DNA of 64,000 nt from Amphiscolops sp. MND2022. Lineage: Eukaryota. This document shows positions 1-12,473 of this stretch, piece by piece (position 1 is the first letter of the stretch; each line of letters starts with the position of its first letter). Made by a program: the position numbers and the translations under genes. The notes beneath the pieces are model-generated. The model saw only the letters and a list, made by a program, of their open reading frames with translations. It was not told where the DNA came from and made no database searches. The DNA is taken from the NCBI GenBank assembly GCA_964187785.1, contig OZ076409.1, positions 26,786,001-26,850,000 on the forward strand, read 5' to 3'.

Positions 1-960
1 TCTCTTGCTAGAAAACTATTGGACAACAACATCGTGCCTTGTTGAACGTTTGCAACATTCTAATTTGCGATGTTTATCAGTAAATTGACAAAAAACGCAT
101 GAAAACGGTGAAAATTGAGAAATTTTGAGTTTTGTTTCTTTTTCGGGGCCAATTTGAGATATTTTTCAATGAGAAAACTGCAATAAATTCTCTAGAAAAG
201 CCTACTGGACTAATACGTTTTCCTTGCTGACGCTTCTCAACATTCTAATCTACGAAGTCTATCGAAAATTTGACAAAAATGCATTTAAAAGTTTGAAAAA
301 TGGAAAGTTTTGGGTTTTTTTGTTATTTTTGGTATCAATTTGAGACCTTTTTCATTTGGAAAAAAGCAATTATCATTTCTGAAAAGCCTACCGGACAGCA
401 AATGCGTGCCATGTTGAGCGTTCTCAACATATTAATTAACGAAGTATGTCGAAAATTTGACAAAAATTGCTTAAAATCGTTAAAAATCAGAAAATTTTGG
501 AATTTTTGTCATTTTGGGGTCAATTTTCTGGTACAAAATCACATTTATCTCTTCATAGAAGACTATTGGAGAATGAATTCGTGCCCTGTTGAACGTTTTC
601 AACATTCTAATTCGCGGTGTCTCTCAAAAAAATGACAAAAATTGCATAAAAACGTTAAAATTATGAGAAATTTGGGAATTTTTGTCATTTTCGGGGTCAT
701 TTCGTCATTAAGGGGACCTTTTCGTCATTTTAAAAACTCCAAAAATCTCTACAATTACAAATCGCGCTAAGCTAAATTTATGTGAGTTGAATTCTATGGG
801 TAACACCCTTAAAGTTGAACATAAATAAACTCTTGGCAAATTTTGTAAAAAAAACCCGTTTGATTTAAATATTTTCCTTTTCCATATATGAAATATGGGC
901 GGAAAATAATTAAGAAAAAGTGCAAATTCGATGAAATATAAGCGAAATTTACAATTTCTT
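1..960. repeat. Degenerate ~180-bp tandem units (1-~700) followed by a repeat terminal segment (~740-960)
   Basis: A CAACATTCTAAT-type core recurs at ~52, 238, 426 and 600. The 740-915 segment is present in reverse complement at ~8050-8225. Confidence 0.7.
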
Positions 961-1329
961 ACTTTTGTAATTTGTTGCAAAAATTTCAAACAGATACTTT
1001 TGTAAACTAGATGAAATTCTGAGAAATTTTCCTAGCTGACATTTTTCGTATTCGTGACAGTTTTCAAGATATTTGGATTTGAAATTTGCAATTTTAGGAA
1101 ATTGGAGTTGCCAAAGTTTAGATCGCTACTGTAATGACATTCGCCTATCATTAACTCGTCATTGACTCTTTTGAGTTTGTATTAGTAATTTTCAAAAACA
1201 AAACTGAATTTTTGAACACCGAAGTACGCTAAGCATACAAGTAGTGTGTTGGAGCCTGTGGACACTCATTTTCACAAAAAACCGTAATATGTCCACAATT
1301 GCATTTAAAAAACGAGAATTGGGAAGAAA

Positions 1330-2060
1330 GAAAGTAGGCGAAAGTTAATTTCTCAATTTCGTGACTGGATGACAAAAAAGTTCTTACGCTTTGCTAAGTC
1401 GGTGCCTTTTTTCGGAAACTCATATCGTAGGTATCACATTTGCATCCGAATGGTCGAGCAAGGGTGGGCTTGAAACTGCAATTTCAACCCAACTAGCCTA
1501 ATTAACAAAAAATGTGATCCAATTTTTATGAATTTTGTCCTCTTTTAATGCAAAATTGTTAGCCATAATCATACCACACGACTAGAATGAAAAGATTTTT
1601 TTCAAGGTCCATTTTTGGCTGGCAGTTGCGAGTGATTCAAACCCTGTGGTCCACCGATAACTTCATCGACTCACCGAAATTTCTATCAGTGGGCAATGTT
1701 GGACATGAATAAAATCGCTACAGATGGACGCGCACATTGCAAAATGGTTGTTCAAAGGTGTTATGTCGACAAAAGCACGGAAACTCATCGAGTGCAAACT
1801 AAACGCAGTTCCCGAGTTGTTGAGGAATTCGCTCGCTTGGTAAACCGATATTCAACGTCTTTCGATTAATCCAGCAACAATATGTGAAACTTGTTGGAAC
1901 AGTTACATGGACGTGATGGAGTATTTCAAGGACAATTGGGCAAAAATTTCTGAAATTGTATTGGCTCATTTGAAACACTCCAATTTTTCTGTCGCACAAT
2001 AGTAGACATTACCTTGAAACTAGCGGTTGACCGCATATTTGAGTTCCTTGAGGTTTGGGA
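1330..2060 (+). pseudogene. Highly decayed hAT-like transposase remnant
   Basis: Interrupted plus-strand frames give LAVASDSNP, AHIAKWLFK and CETCWNSYMDVMEYFKDNWAKI. These resemble, in order, the hAT second-Asp motif, the CxxH region and the TRWNS motif. Many stops and frameshifts. Confidence 0.45.
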
Positions 2061-5000
2061 AATTGCTTGAATTCGCTTCAAAAGGTACCTGTATGCTCTC
2101 TAAAACTTCCTACTCTGAAAACCCGTTAATGAAAAGGCATGCGATAACTTTACTGAACTAGTTTAACGAGTTAAAATGCCAAAACATTTTTAACAGTTAA
2201 ATGTGATAGCCATTCTTTCGTCTATAAATCATGAAAATCTAAAGGAAAATTCAAACAACTTCTTAAGATCTCAGAACGTCCATTTCTATCTGGTCTCCGG
2301 TGGCCAATTGAGAAAAAAAACTGGCTCTCACAAAAAGTACAGTGAAAATGTTTCAAGGGAAATAAACTAAGAAGCAAATTAACACAATGGTTTGGCACAA
2401 TTTCGAGGGCCATCAAAAAATATGCAAGATAAACTTTTGCAAAATTGTTTCGAAATTTTTTTAAAGACAGGTCGTTTTCGCTTCATTTGAAGAATTTCCT
2501 TCGTAGAGCGCTTTATGTCTTTATAACGAAGTTCGTTCAGTAACTACAATTTGGTTGTCAATTCTTTTGAATTCATCAACCCTTGAAACTTCAAAAATTT
2601 CCAAAAAAAGTTCCGTAAAACCTTTAAAAAAAACGTTTTGCGCAATTAAAATCAAATAAAAACTTCAACGAGCACAACTCCTTCTCGGTCCATTAGAGCT
2701 AAATTTTTCCTGTTTCTCCATTGTTAAAAAGTTCGGTGATTTGTCGAAAGTGGGGTAACGAAGCATTCGAAACACGGTCAAAACCTGATTTTTCGACTTA
2801 TCGGAGGTTTTTGTTTTTTTTTTGTGTAGAAATCCTGCAGATTTTTTGAAGAAGCTTGTTGGTAGCTAATTGATTACGTCGTTGAACTCTCTGAACATCC
2901 TTTGTTGAAACAGTGGCGAGGGGACGTTCATTTGAATGTCACTATTTTCGGTGGCTATGCGAAAGAGACTATGTATGAATGTTTCTTTCTCTTTTTTGGC
3001 AATTAATTTTGGCATTCAAATTTTGCAACCAAAAATAATTTCCATCTTCTTTGCAATTCTCCGTTTGTTTGGGTTGTTCGTGCTCTGGAACCCTTGGGAT
3101 CTTCAACGGGTGAAGTTCATACTACTTCTTATTCAGTTGCTTCAAATTATTGTCCCTTGAAAACGCAACCTTTTTGGTGTAAGGGAGCTTTGGTATCCAA
3201 TTTTCTGGGGGAGTAGCAACCAAAAAGGAAATGCACACAGTCAGAAGATTGCATAAACATGGTTCGTCAACGGCGTTGATCTATTCTGAGCAATTACGAA
3301 AGGAAAGCGGTTAAACAAAGCATGCAAATGCAAGTATTGATTTTGTTTCAAACACTGATTTCGAAATTCGAATTTTTTGTTGCCACTTATGTTGCTATAG
3401 CGAAAATTGGTATTTAGTCTTGGTATTTACCATGAAATCACTAAATGGGTATAATTTTATCGGCCTTTCCTGATTTTCCGCAGAACATAAAAGAATCAAA
3501 ATACAGCAGCAATTTTAGGAATCTGATTATTAGATATCTATTTATGATGACTCCTATGAAATACACCATCGTTGTAGTTTTATCAATTTTAAGTATGATT
3601 GAATTCTGGTAACTGTATATTTAATGGTGGCATTATATGCTGGCATAATCTCTAATGCAATCGTGCTTTGCATTTCTGGCGGAGCTGCCAAAAAGTCGAA
3701 ATAACAAAATAACTGCAAAATGGGTCTAATCTACTTACAACAAATACTAAATAAGCAATGTCTTTTCCATTTGAAATGTTTGTGATGCAAATTCAATTAT
3801 TTTCTTCCCTTGAGAAATGACGAATTGAATTTTGAATACTAGGTGCTGAATTGAAATAAAAGTTGCAAGACTTCATTCTCGCTATCTCTTTGATGGCGAA
3901 TTTTTCATTAGGACGGGAAGAAAAGTTCTGAAATTGGGCCCGTATCTTGGATTAGATTCAATATGTGCAGTTTAATCTTACTGATGACGCTTACGCGAGA
4001 TATCCTTCTTCGAAGTCACAGCCAATCACAGCGTGAGCTCCTTTTGTTCAACTACATCTTCATAGTCTTTTTTGATCAAATCTCTGTGAACGGCAGGAAG
4101 TAAGGACAAATCCAGATAGATGGTTCTACCTACATACAATATCCAAAATCGATACTTCAACCTTTGCCTGTTCAGTTTAACCTTCGTTCAATTTCAAACA
4201 GCAAATAAACAAATGTTTTTCTGGTTTGATTTGTTAGACTAGGATAATTGGTAGTTTCTGTGGGAAAAAAGGTTATGCGCGTTCCATATTAAACCTAGGC
4301 GCACAAATTTGAGGAAGTTGTATAATCTGTAGAAATCATTTGTAGATCTCAAAAAAGGTTCCTAGTGACAGGAAGTTCAATTTTTCGCCATTAACTGCCA
4401 AATTTCATGGTAAAAAGCGTCTAATTTTTGCATCTCTACTGGAAAATTCATTCAGGATATTCAAACTACAAGTATTTTTGTGCATTCAAAAAACACGGGT
4501 TGACGATCCACCGCAAAATACCGGTGGTCACTTAGTGGCCACTTACATTACAGTTAGAATGTTGTATGCAGCGAACAAAAATTAAAATATCAAATTGTAG
4601 TCTCCCATATTATAGTGCAAACAAGCACTTAAAATGCCCAATATTCGCTTAAAAAAGCCTCGTATTTTTGGAAATTTCGAAGTAAATGTAGCTTCTACTT
4701 CTTACAATTTTATTCACTTCAGAAAATGTATACAAAAAATTGTCTTCCAGTGGTATTGAATAGAACGTTCGGTGAATTTGTTTTTGAAACAACTTCAAAG
4801 AATGAAACAGCTGCCAATTCACATGGAATAATGATTCAGTCATTTTCTCGTATTTTTAGGTTCTCACTTTCATCGCTTTAAAAAGTCTAATTTACAATAT
4901 TTTTCCAATTAGTCTTCTGCGAAGTCAATTAGCTCATACTTTGACCAACAATGACGCGGAAATGGTATTGCCATGAAAAGTCTACGTGGATTTTCTAACG

Positions 5001-6264
5001 AAGTTTCACTCAATCTTAGTCTAATAATCTATACAATATATTACTTGTATTTATAAGCATTTTTCAATTTGTCTAGCAGAGTGTAATTTGCTCACTTTCA
5101 CGAAATAGCTGTCAGGATATGAAATGCTTTCAATTTGAAAAACAAATTAGCATTCAAAAGTCACGATTGCTGCGGTAATTCTACTTGTAGGTAGCTGAAT
5201 AAAAGTATAATTTATAAGCAAAAGTACTAAAGCTTATACAAAAGTACAAGCTTATTAGCTGAATAAAGTATAAAATCAAAGAGTGTTCATGAATCCTTTT
5301 TGAAAATCATGAAAATGATGCAAATATAGAATCTTTGTAATTTTTTCGATTCTCTAAGTAGCAGTTATGTTGATAAGAGAAATAAGCAGGAATTCAACAA
5401 AAAAGCATCATTAGGGTAGTAGCTTTAAAAGAAGAAAAACGAATAACTCTAAAATGTCTCAGGGCTACATTGATAAGACAATTGTTACTCACAGCTCGCT
5501 CGCTTCAAACAGGGGCATCTAATTCGACAAAACGCCTCAAAGGGTTTCAATGGCTGAAAAATGGTCAATTATGTCAATTCTTTGTACAAAGTTCCTCCGC
5601 TTTCTAAAGGTTTTGCAGTCATTTTTGAGTGCTATTCATTTGCTGAGTGAATAACGTATAAGAAAAGTGACTTACTGACTAATTTATAATCTAACTAGCT
5701 GGCTATCCAGATGCCAGTTAATCGGAGACACTGCTGAAAAAAATAACAAAAACTGTAAAAGTACTAAAGCATTTAGAACAAGACGCCCGCTGTGCACCAG
5801 CATATTTTCCGCCTTCAATTGGCTAACAATAGAAACTCATTCAAAAATTTACCTCCTCTTTGGTCCCTTGGTCAAACGCAATTTACTTCTGATATAACGC
5901 CAATATTCGGATATAGCGCCGTTTTTCGAACCTCAGCTTCCTCCGTAGTAAAACACAATTAACTTTGGATATAACGTCAAAAGTTCAAATATAGCGTGCT
6001 GGGACAAATGGGAGCGCTTGTTTTCGAACCTCTGCCTCCTCCTTAGTAAAACGCAAAATTAAATACCATTAACTGAAATAGTCAAGTAGCTAAAATAGAC
6101 AAGTAATTAAATGAAGTGGATGGAGTGGATGGATAGAATTTGGGAAAAAACGCAACACAGATTATGATTTTCTTCCCCCATTATATGTAGGCGGAAAATA
6201 ACAATATTATTGGCAGACAAAGGAAGCCATAAAAATGATTTTTGGTGTTTTTAGTCGGTGCTTC

Positions 6265-6823
6265 ATGAAGTGAAACGCGACTATTATAGTGACTCTTTTT
6301 TTGACTGACCAAAATAGTTGATAAAAGTTCTACGAAATTTTGTGGTGCCAAATTGAAACATTTGGCTCAACGAACTGAACCAAAAAGGTTTTTTTATGTT
6401 TTTCTGGTAACATACAGTATCAGAAGATTCTAAATGGTCCCCCTTTTCAGACTTTTTTTGGCATTGTGAGACTTTTTTCGAAAAAAAAAAACATTTTTCC
6501 CCAAAGGGTCCCCCCTTCAATGTTTTGATCTTCTGCGACAAAATGGATGTTGAAAAGTCTCAAAGGGTCCCCCTTTCAGTTTTTTCGGCGTTGTTCGACT
6601 TTTTTTCGAGAAAAAAAAATATCATGAAAGGGTCCCCCATCAATTTTTAGATGTTTTGCAACGATGGATGTTAAAAATCCAAAAAGATCCCCCTTTTAGC
6701 GCGCCGGTTCCGTCGTATGGATTTTTCGTGAGTTTGATCCTTTGAGTTTTTTGACACTTTCGTGTCCTTTTGCTATTTTTGAGCCTTAGATATGGCGCCG
6801 ACTTATGCCGTTCCCGGCTTGTT
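6265..6823. repeat. Non-coding interspersed repeat with internal ~60-bp AAAGGGTCCCCC units and a terminal hairpin (possibly Helitron/Helentron-like)
   Basis: GGTCCCCC-type units recur between ~6436 and ~6695. The segment ends GCCG-TTCC-CGGC-TTGTT. Related sequence occurs near 33270-33340. Confidence 0.45.
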
Positions 6824-8039
6824 CATCTTTACACGCGAGTTTTCACGCGGCGCCACAAACTTTGCTGGTTTGATTGAGAAGCAGTTCTGGTTCTTAAAAG
6901 AAGCTGAGACCTCATCAATTTTACCGCCATTTTAATGCGAATAAACTTTAGTCGTTATAAATTTCAAAGGAGCGTCATTTTCAGCGCACAGTTCGACTAA
7001 CGGTGATTTCATAGGAAGCATACTTGAGATACTGAAGAGTGAAAACAAAGAGATCGAGACGGTCACAAGTAGAAATATTTCCAGTTTAATACTGTATTGT
7101 GATCCTTCAAACTTTTTCAAAGCAGGCTCCCGAAATTTCCCATGTTTTCTTTAAAAAACATCCTTGTACGCATGAAAGCAGCATGGAAAACTTCTCAGTA
7201 GATTTAACTAAGGTAATGCTCATATCAAAATGGATGAGGGTGAATAATTTGATACTTTTCTGCACATTTTTTGATTGGATTGAAGGTGACTTCGTTGGAA
7301 GGTTTGCAGTTTTTGGCTTTGATTTTTCGGCACAGGCACATTTTTCTTAATTTCAACCATATGCCCTCCAGATTAATTTATACAAATTGATATCTTTTGG
7401 CCTAAGATGAAGCAACAACAACTGAAACGATGTTTAAAACTTGTTTGTTATATTTGTCATTATCTTCCAATCTTCCATTATCCAATTGGCAATGAAACCT
7501 AACTCGCGCGACGTGTTAGCATTTTTAAAAGTCGTTGGTGCACGTTGCTCTGAAATGATTTAGCGACAACATATTTAAAGGTCTCCGCCGCAACTGCTAC
7601 ACTACGATACCTCCACATTTTAATTTTCAGAAACATTGACCTCTTGTTTTTTTTGACTTTTTTGGCACTTTCGCTCGAAAAAACTTACAAATTCTCTATT
7701 GAATTATTTCCAACTTTTATATTGAAACGTTCTAGTTGTTGTTTCGTCAAAACAGTAACAATTTTAGCGTTTTTGGGATATTTTGGGGCACTATTCCTTA
7801 GGCAGTTTTCTGAAAAACTTTATTTATTTCTAAAGAAATGGACGCGAAAAAATGTTCACGAGTGTATCAAACCGTTTAACGAGTATGTCATGTCTGCTTG
7901 TTGGTCCAAATACCCAAGTTTTTCGATCTTGACCTCAATGTGAGCGCCCTTCCATGAGTCTCGAGTCCTTTATCTAGCCTGAAATTCGGTATTCCGGATT
8001 TTTTTCACTCAAAAGTCAATATTAGCAAAAACAATTTTC

Positions 8040-9160
8040 CGCCGAAATTTTCTTTTTATTTTCCGCCCATAATTCATATGGGAAAGGAAAATATTTGAAT
8101 CAAACTGGTTTTTTTTACAAAATTTGCCAAGCACCAAATTTATATTTAACTTTAAGGGTGTTACCCATAGAATTCAACTCACGAATTTAGCTTCGTGCGA
8201 TATGTATTTGAGAAGATTTTTGGAGATTTAAGGAGTGACGAAAATGACCCCATAATGGCCCAAAATGACCCCAAAGATGACGAAGAACCTCAAATTTTCC
8301 AATTTCCAAGTGTTTATGCAATTCTTGTCAAAGTTCCGACAGACTTCGTGCATTGGAATGTCGAAGAGGGTCAGCAAGGAAAGAAGGTGTTGTCCAGTAT
8401 GTTTAGTGAAGAGATAAAAGCAACTTTTCAAATGAAAAAAGGTCTGGAACTAACATCGAAAAAGACAAAGGTTTCCGATTTGAACGTCTTTGTTCAACAT
8501 CTGTCAAACTATCGCTAGTTGCGATCGCTTTTGATGCAATTTCTGTAAAATTTCCGAGATATTTCGATATAAGTTGCAACACAATCAACAACGAAAAAAC
8601 GAGCTATGCAGTACAGGTTTTGAAGAGAACGTTGCAGCGTTTTGCTTCAAAACACTTCAAAACGATTCCAAACGAGGAGAAAATTTTCAACATTTTCAGG
8701 TTTTTATGCAACCTATGTGTACTCTTTGAATCTTTTTGGAATCAGAATGTTAGCAAACGTTCAACAAAGATTGAGTGCATAATCCAGTAGGCTTTAAAAG
8801 AAATATTTGCAGACTTCAGTGGGTAAATGTCTCAAAATTGTCCGCAAAATGTCGTAAATAATGAAAATTTTGCCGTCATTTTCTGTGAATGATTTTGAGA
8901 CTGGGAAATTTCGTTTTGATAAAAGCTTCGGAAAACTCCAGATGATGAAACTAGGTCAGCAGCACGTTTTTTAAAGAGAACTTTGCATATTTTTGGGCGA
9001 GAAGTTTCCTCAAAATGACTGAAAAAGGTAATAACTGAAAATTTTAAAACCTATTTTTACAACTTCAGGCAGCTTTTGTACACTTTTTGAGCTGATTCCT
9101 TGCATAAAAAGGTGTAAAAAAAACTCCACAACAACTAATCCCGGTTTCCAGTAGGCTCAA
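8040..9160. repeat. Inverted, more degenerate copy of the repeat at 1-960
   Basis: 8050-8225 is the reverse complement of ~740-915 (e.g. TAAGGGTGTTACCCATAGAATTCAACTCAC), followed by decayed inverted ~180-bp units. Confidence 0.6.
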
Positions 9161-9695
9161 AAATACCGCAAAATCCAAAAAGCCGAAAAAACACGTTTTT
9201 TACAAACAAATTAATCCCTGTTTTTTTTCAAACCGCGAAAGTTTTTATAGAATAGAACTTCCATTGACCTAAACAAGGAAACAATAGGGTAAACAAATCG
9301 CAATTTGGTTTTAAAAATGTTGAATGAAGTTCATTGAGTTTACAACAAAGGTGTCAAAATTTCCAAATTTTCTCAATTTTCGGCACCATAATTCCATTTC
9401 CGGATCATTTCCAAAAAAAAGTACTGCCATCAGTAAACCCACAGGTTCAGGACTGAAACGTGTAGCTACCGGTAGTGTTTCGAGAAGATATCAGACAAAT
9501 TTGTTTGCACAAGTTTCAAAACTTCACTTGAAACCGTAAATTTCGTCCTTATTTGTCATATACTTAATACTCAATGAGCTGCAAGCAAAATCACTATAAT
9601 CTATGATTAGATAGAATCCTCTGATATTGTACTCAATATATTTTTTTTGTGTTTTTTCACAGAATTCAACTGCAAAAAAGTTTTGAAAAGGTAAA

Positions 9696-11365
9696 TGTCG
9701 CATCCACCAAGATGCGATGGTTCCGTAGTGCAGCAGTGAAAAGGAACTCCTGAAGAGACTCAACAATAAAACATTTCAAACCTTTTAAAACTCATTTCAA
9801 TGGTATTTTCACATCGTCATGTAAATTATTTGTTTGCTTATATCGGTGAAGTTCTCTCTGGACTACTCCTTAAGTCCATAAATGATGCTTAACTTCTTTA
9901 AATCTTCTTCATAAACAACACATGTGCATAAAAATCACATAAGCATGATCAATCTACGATTTTTGATGTCACATTATGCGTCATCGTGCTACAATTAGGA
10001 TTGTGAATATACGGTGTTAAACGCTTTTCAAATATCAAAGATGAGTCATTGTACGTAAAATGGTTGTTTGAATATGCGTTATTATGCATCAAATGATTTT
10101 TCTGTATGCGTCATTGTACGTTTGAGTATACATTAAGATACGTTTTAAATTACTAGAGTATGCGGTAACATACCTTTTTATCAATTGTAACATGCATCAC
10201 TATACGGTACTACTAGTGCTGTATATGCATTAACATACGTTTATTGAAATATCATACGTATCGAATTGTGCCGTATATGCATTACTATCCGGATGTGAGG
10301 AAGATGCTCACGTGCGTTGTACGTCTTTGTGCGGTTCCAGGTCCACCGCATATGCGGGATTATGCGTTTTTCAGCAAAAGGTGTAGTTTTGAACGTCATG
10401 CAATTATACATCATTAGATAGCACTAGAGGTGTTTAATATACCATTTTACAGTATTTCTCTAGGGTCTTACAACCGATTAAACAAACGTATGTCATTATG
10501 GGAATGATATAAATAGAATTACGTGATTTGACGTTATCCTATTTTCGTGTTTTCCAGGACTACATGATACTTGTAAAAATGACTGTCATTCTTTTATATT
10601 TTGAAAAGGGGATTTCCTAAATGCAAGACACAATTGAAATAACCTCTCCAAAGTGCAGTTGTATCAATTTCTCCAGGCTCTTGCTAATACTATCAACATT
10701 TTCATTGCTTTCTCCAAGATTGGATTTTCCGTGCCGAGAACATAATTCAAATTCTTCCCCAGCAAACATAACTTGTTTTCTACTGAGTGAAATGGGAAAT
10801 AAGAGGAGTCGAAGATCAAGGAGATTAGCAACCCCATCTCCTGAGAGAGAAACGAGCGAAACTAGAGTTGACTCTCCAGGAACAGGTAATATAACTTTAA
10901 CTAATTCTAATCTAAATGTTCAAGAAAGTTTAGGTCGATTGAACTCGGAAAACCAACTAAGAGAACCCAGTCAGATTAGTGATGAGATACAAGTTTGGAC
11001 TCAGATTGTTGAGCGGAAAAATACTGAAAGAATAGAGAAAATGAGAGAAGAAATGGACAATAAACTAGAAGCAATTTTGAAGGAGATAAAACACAATAAG
11101 GGTGCTTCAATGACGACAAACCCAAGGTCTGATATAAATGAGATACAAGAACCACAACCATCGGGATCCAGGATAGATCCGCCTATAGGAGTTCACGCAT
11201 CTAATAGAGAAAATTCAGATTCTGAAAACGACGATTATCCTCTTAAAGCTTCTAAAACGAAGGATCCCAAACATCCTACTAAACCTTTGTTCCGAAGTGA
11301 ATCGGATATAGACATAAATATATATTCTGACGAAGAATCAGAAGCAGAAATAGAGGATTATCACA
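9696..11365 (+). repeat. 5' LTR (1670 bp)
   Basis: Runs TGTCGCATCC...GATTATCACA. Differs from 24821-26492 by roughly 11 substitutions and one 2-bp indel (counted by eye). TATAAA at 10508. Confidence 0.97.
9970..10300. promoter_or_regulatory. U3 array of bipartite YATGCG-N4-YRTRCG motifs with 32-33-bp phasing (repeated in the 3' LTR at ~25095-25430)
   Basis: Motif starts at 9975, 10008, 10040, 10073, 10105, then 10127, 10159, 10191, 10224. The regulatory role is inferred. Confidence 0.6.
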
Positions 11366-11383
11366 TGGTGACAGGAGCCAACC
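11366..11383 (+). other. Primer-binding site
   Basis: TGGTGACAGGAG... directly follows the LTR-terminal CA. It resembles tRNA-Leu-type PBSs; the identity of the tRNA is uncertain. Confidence 0.75.
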
Positions 11384-12466
11384 GACAGCTCCATAGACAA
11401 AGCTCACAGAAGCTAAACGACACATTAGGATCCCGCGCAGACCAAAACTCGTCAAATATGACACCGAAGCCTCTCGATCCAGTAAATCAGATTGCATTAG
11501 CAATCGAAAAATTGGCAAACAAAAATTCTCCACAGTCATTATTTCATCCTAAAAACACACTCACCTTCAATGGGAAAAATGAGAAAAATGAGAAATTCGA
11601 ATACTTTGAAGACTTATTCCACACAACACTTCGAATGCAACCAAACCTAACAGAGGAAATGAAAATCAACCATTTTCACGCACATCTAAGAGGTTTGGCT
11701 CTCAAAACATTCAAAAACATACAAAGAACCCCAAATACAATCTTAGATGATATTCTAAAGGTCTTCCGCAGAAAGTACGTCAAACCAGAGTCTAGCGCAT
11801 CTGCCAAGCATCGATTCAACAGACTCTCATTTGACCCAGAGAACCAAAAACTCCCGGATTTCCTGGAAGAACTCCAAGAAAGTGCCGATAAAGCGTTTGG
11901 GGACAACGCCCATCAAATGATAGAGAATCTACTCTACGCAAAAATGCCCCCACATCTCAAAAAGTCCATCAACCAAGCCTACCTCGAAAATGGAACATAC
12001 GATCAGATAGTTAAACATCTCGAAAGAGAGATGGAACTTAACCGTCTCGAAGCAGACGAACCCCTAGTTAAAACCCAAATGACCGCTACTAAAAAAGAAC
12101 AAAACACTGAGAAAACTAACAAAAAACCGAACGAAAAAACCAAAAAACAAACGCCTAAAACAGTACTGACAAAACACTCAAAAATAACCAATGCCGTTGT
12201 TGCAAAGAGGCAGGACACATGATGGCCGATTGCCCCAAACTAGCAAAACGACGAAAACTTGAAGAAGACCCGGATGCGGCAAAGTGTGAAAACTGCAACA
12301 CACCAGGTCACGAGGAAGAAAATTGCTACTTTGGCGCCAACATGGAAAATCGCTCACCTAAGTGGAATCTCACTGAAGCCCAAAAGAAAGTTATTGAAGA
12401 ATACAAACAAGCTCGAAAACCGATAAAACCAAAAATCGAACGCGCACAACAATCCACTTCGAAGGA

Positions 12467-12473
12467 TTTAAAC
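12467..12473 (+). other. -1 ribosomal frameshift slippery heptamer (T TTA AAC)
   Basis: The gag frame ends GAT TTA AAC TAG. The -1 frame TTT AAA CTA GAA TTG is the pol frame of ORF 12479-14236. Confidence 0.85.

Noticed and set aside
2010..2090. Possible downstream DEG/ENaC exon on the minus strand
   Set aside because: It has AG/GT boundaries but no family motif, and it overlaps the plus-strand hAT remnant.
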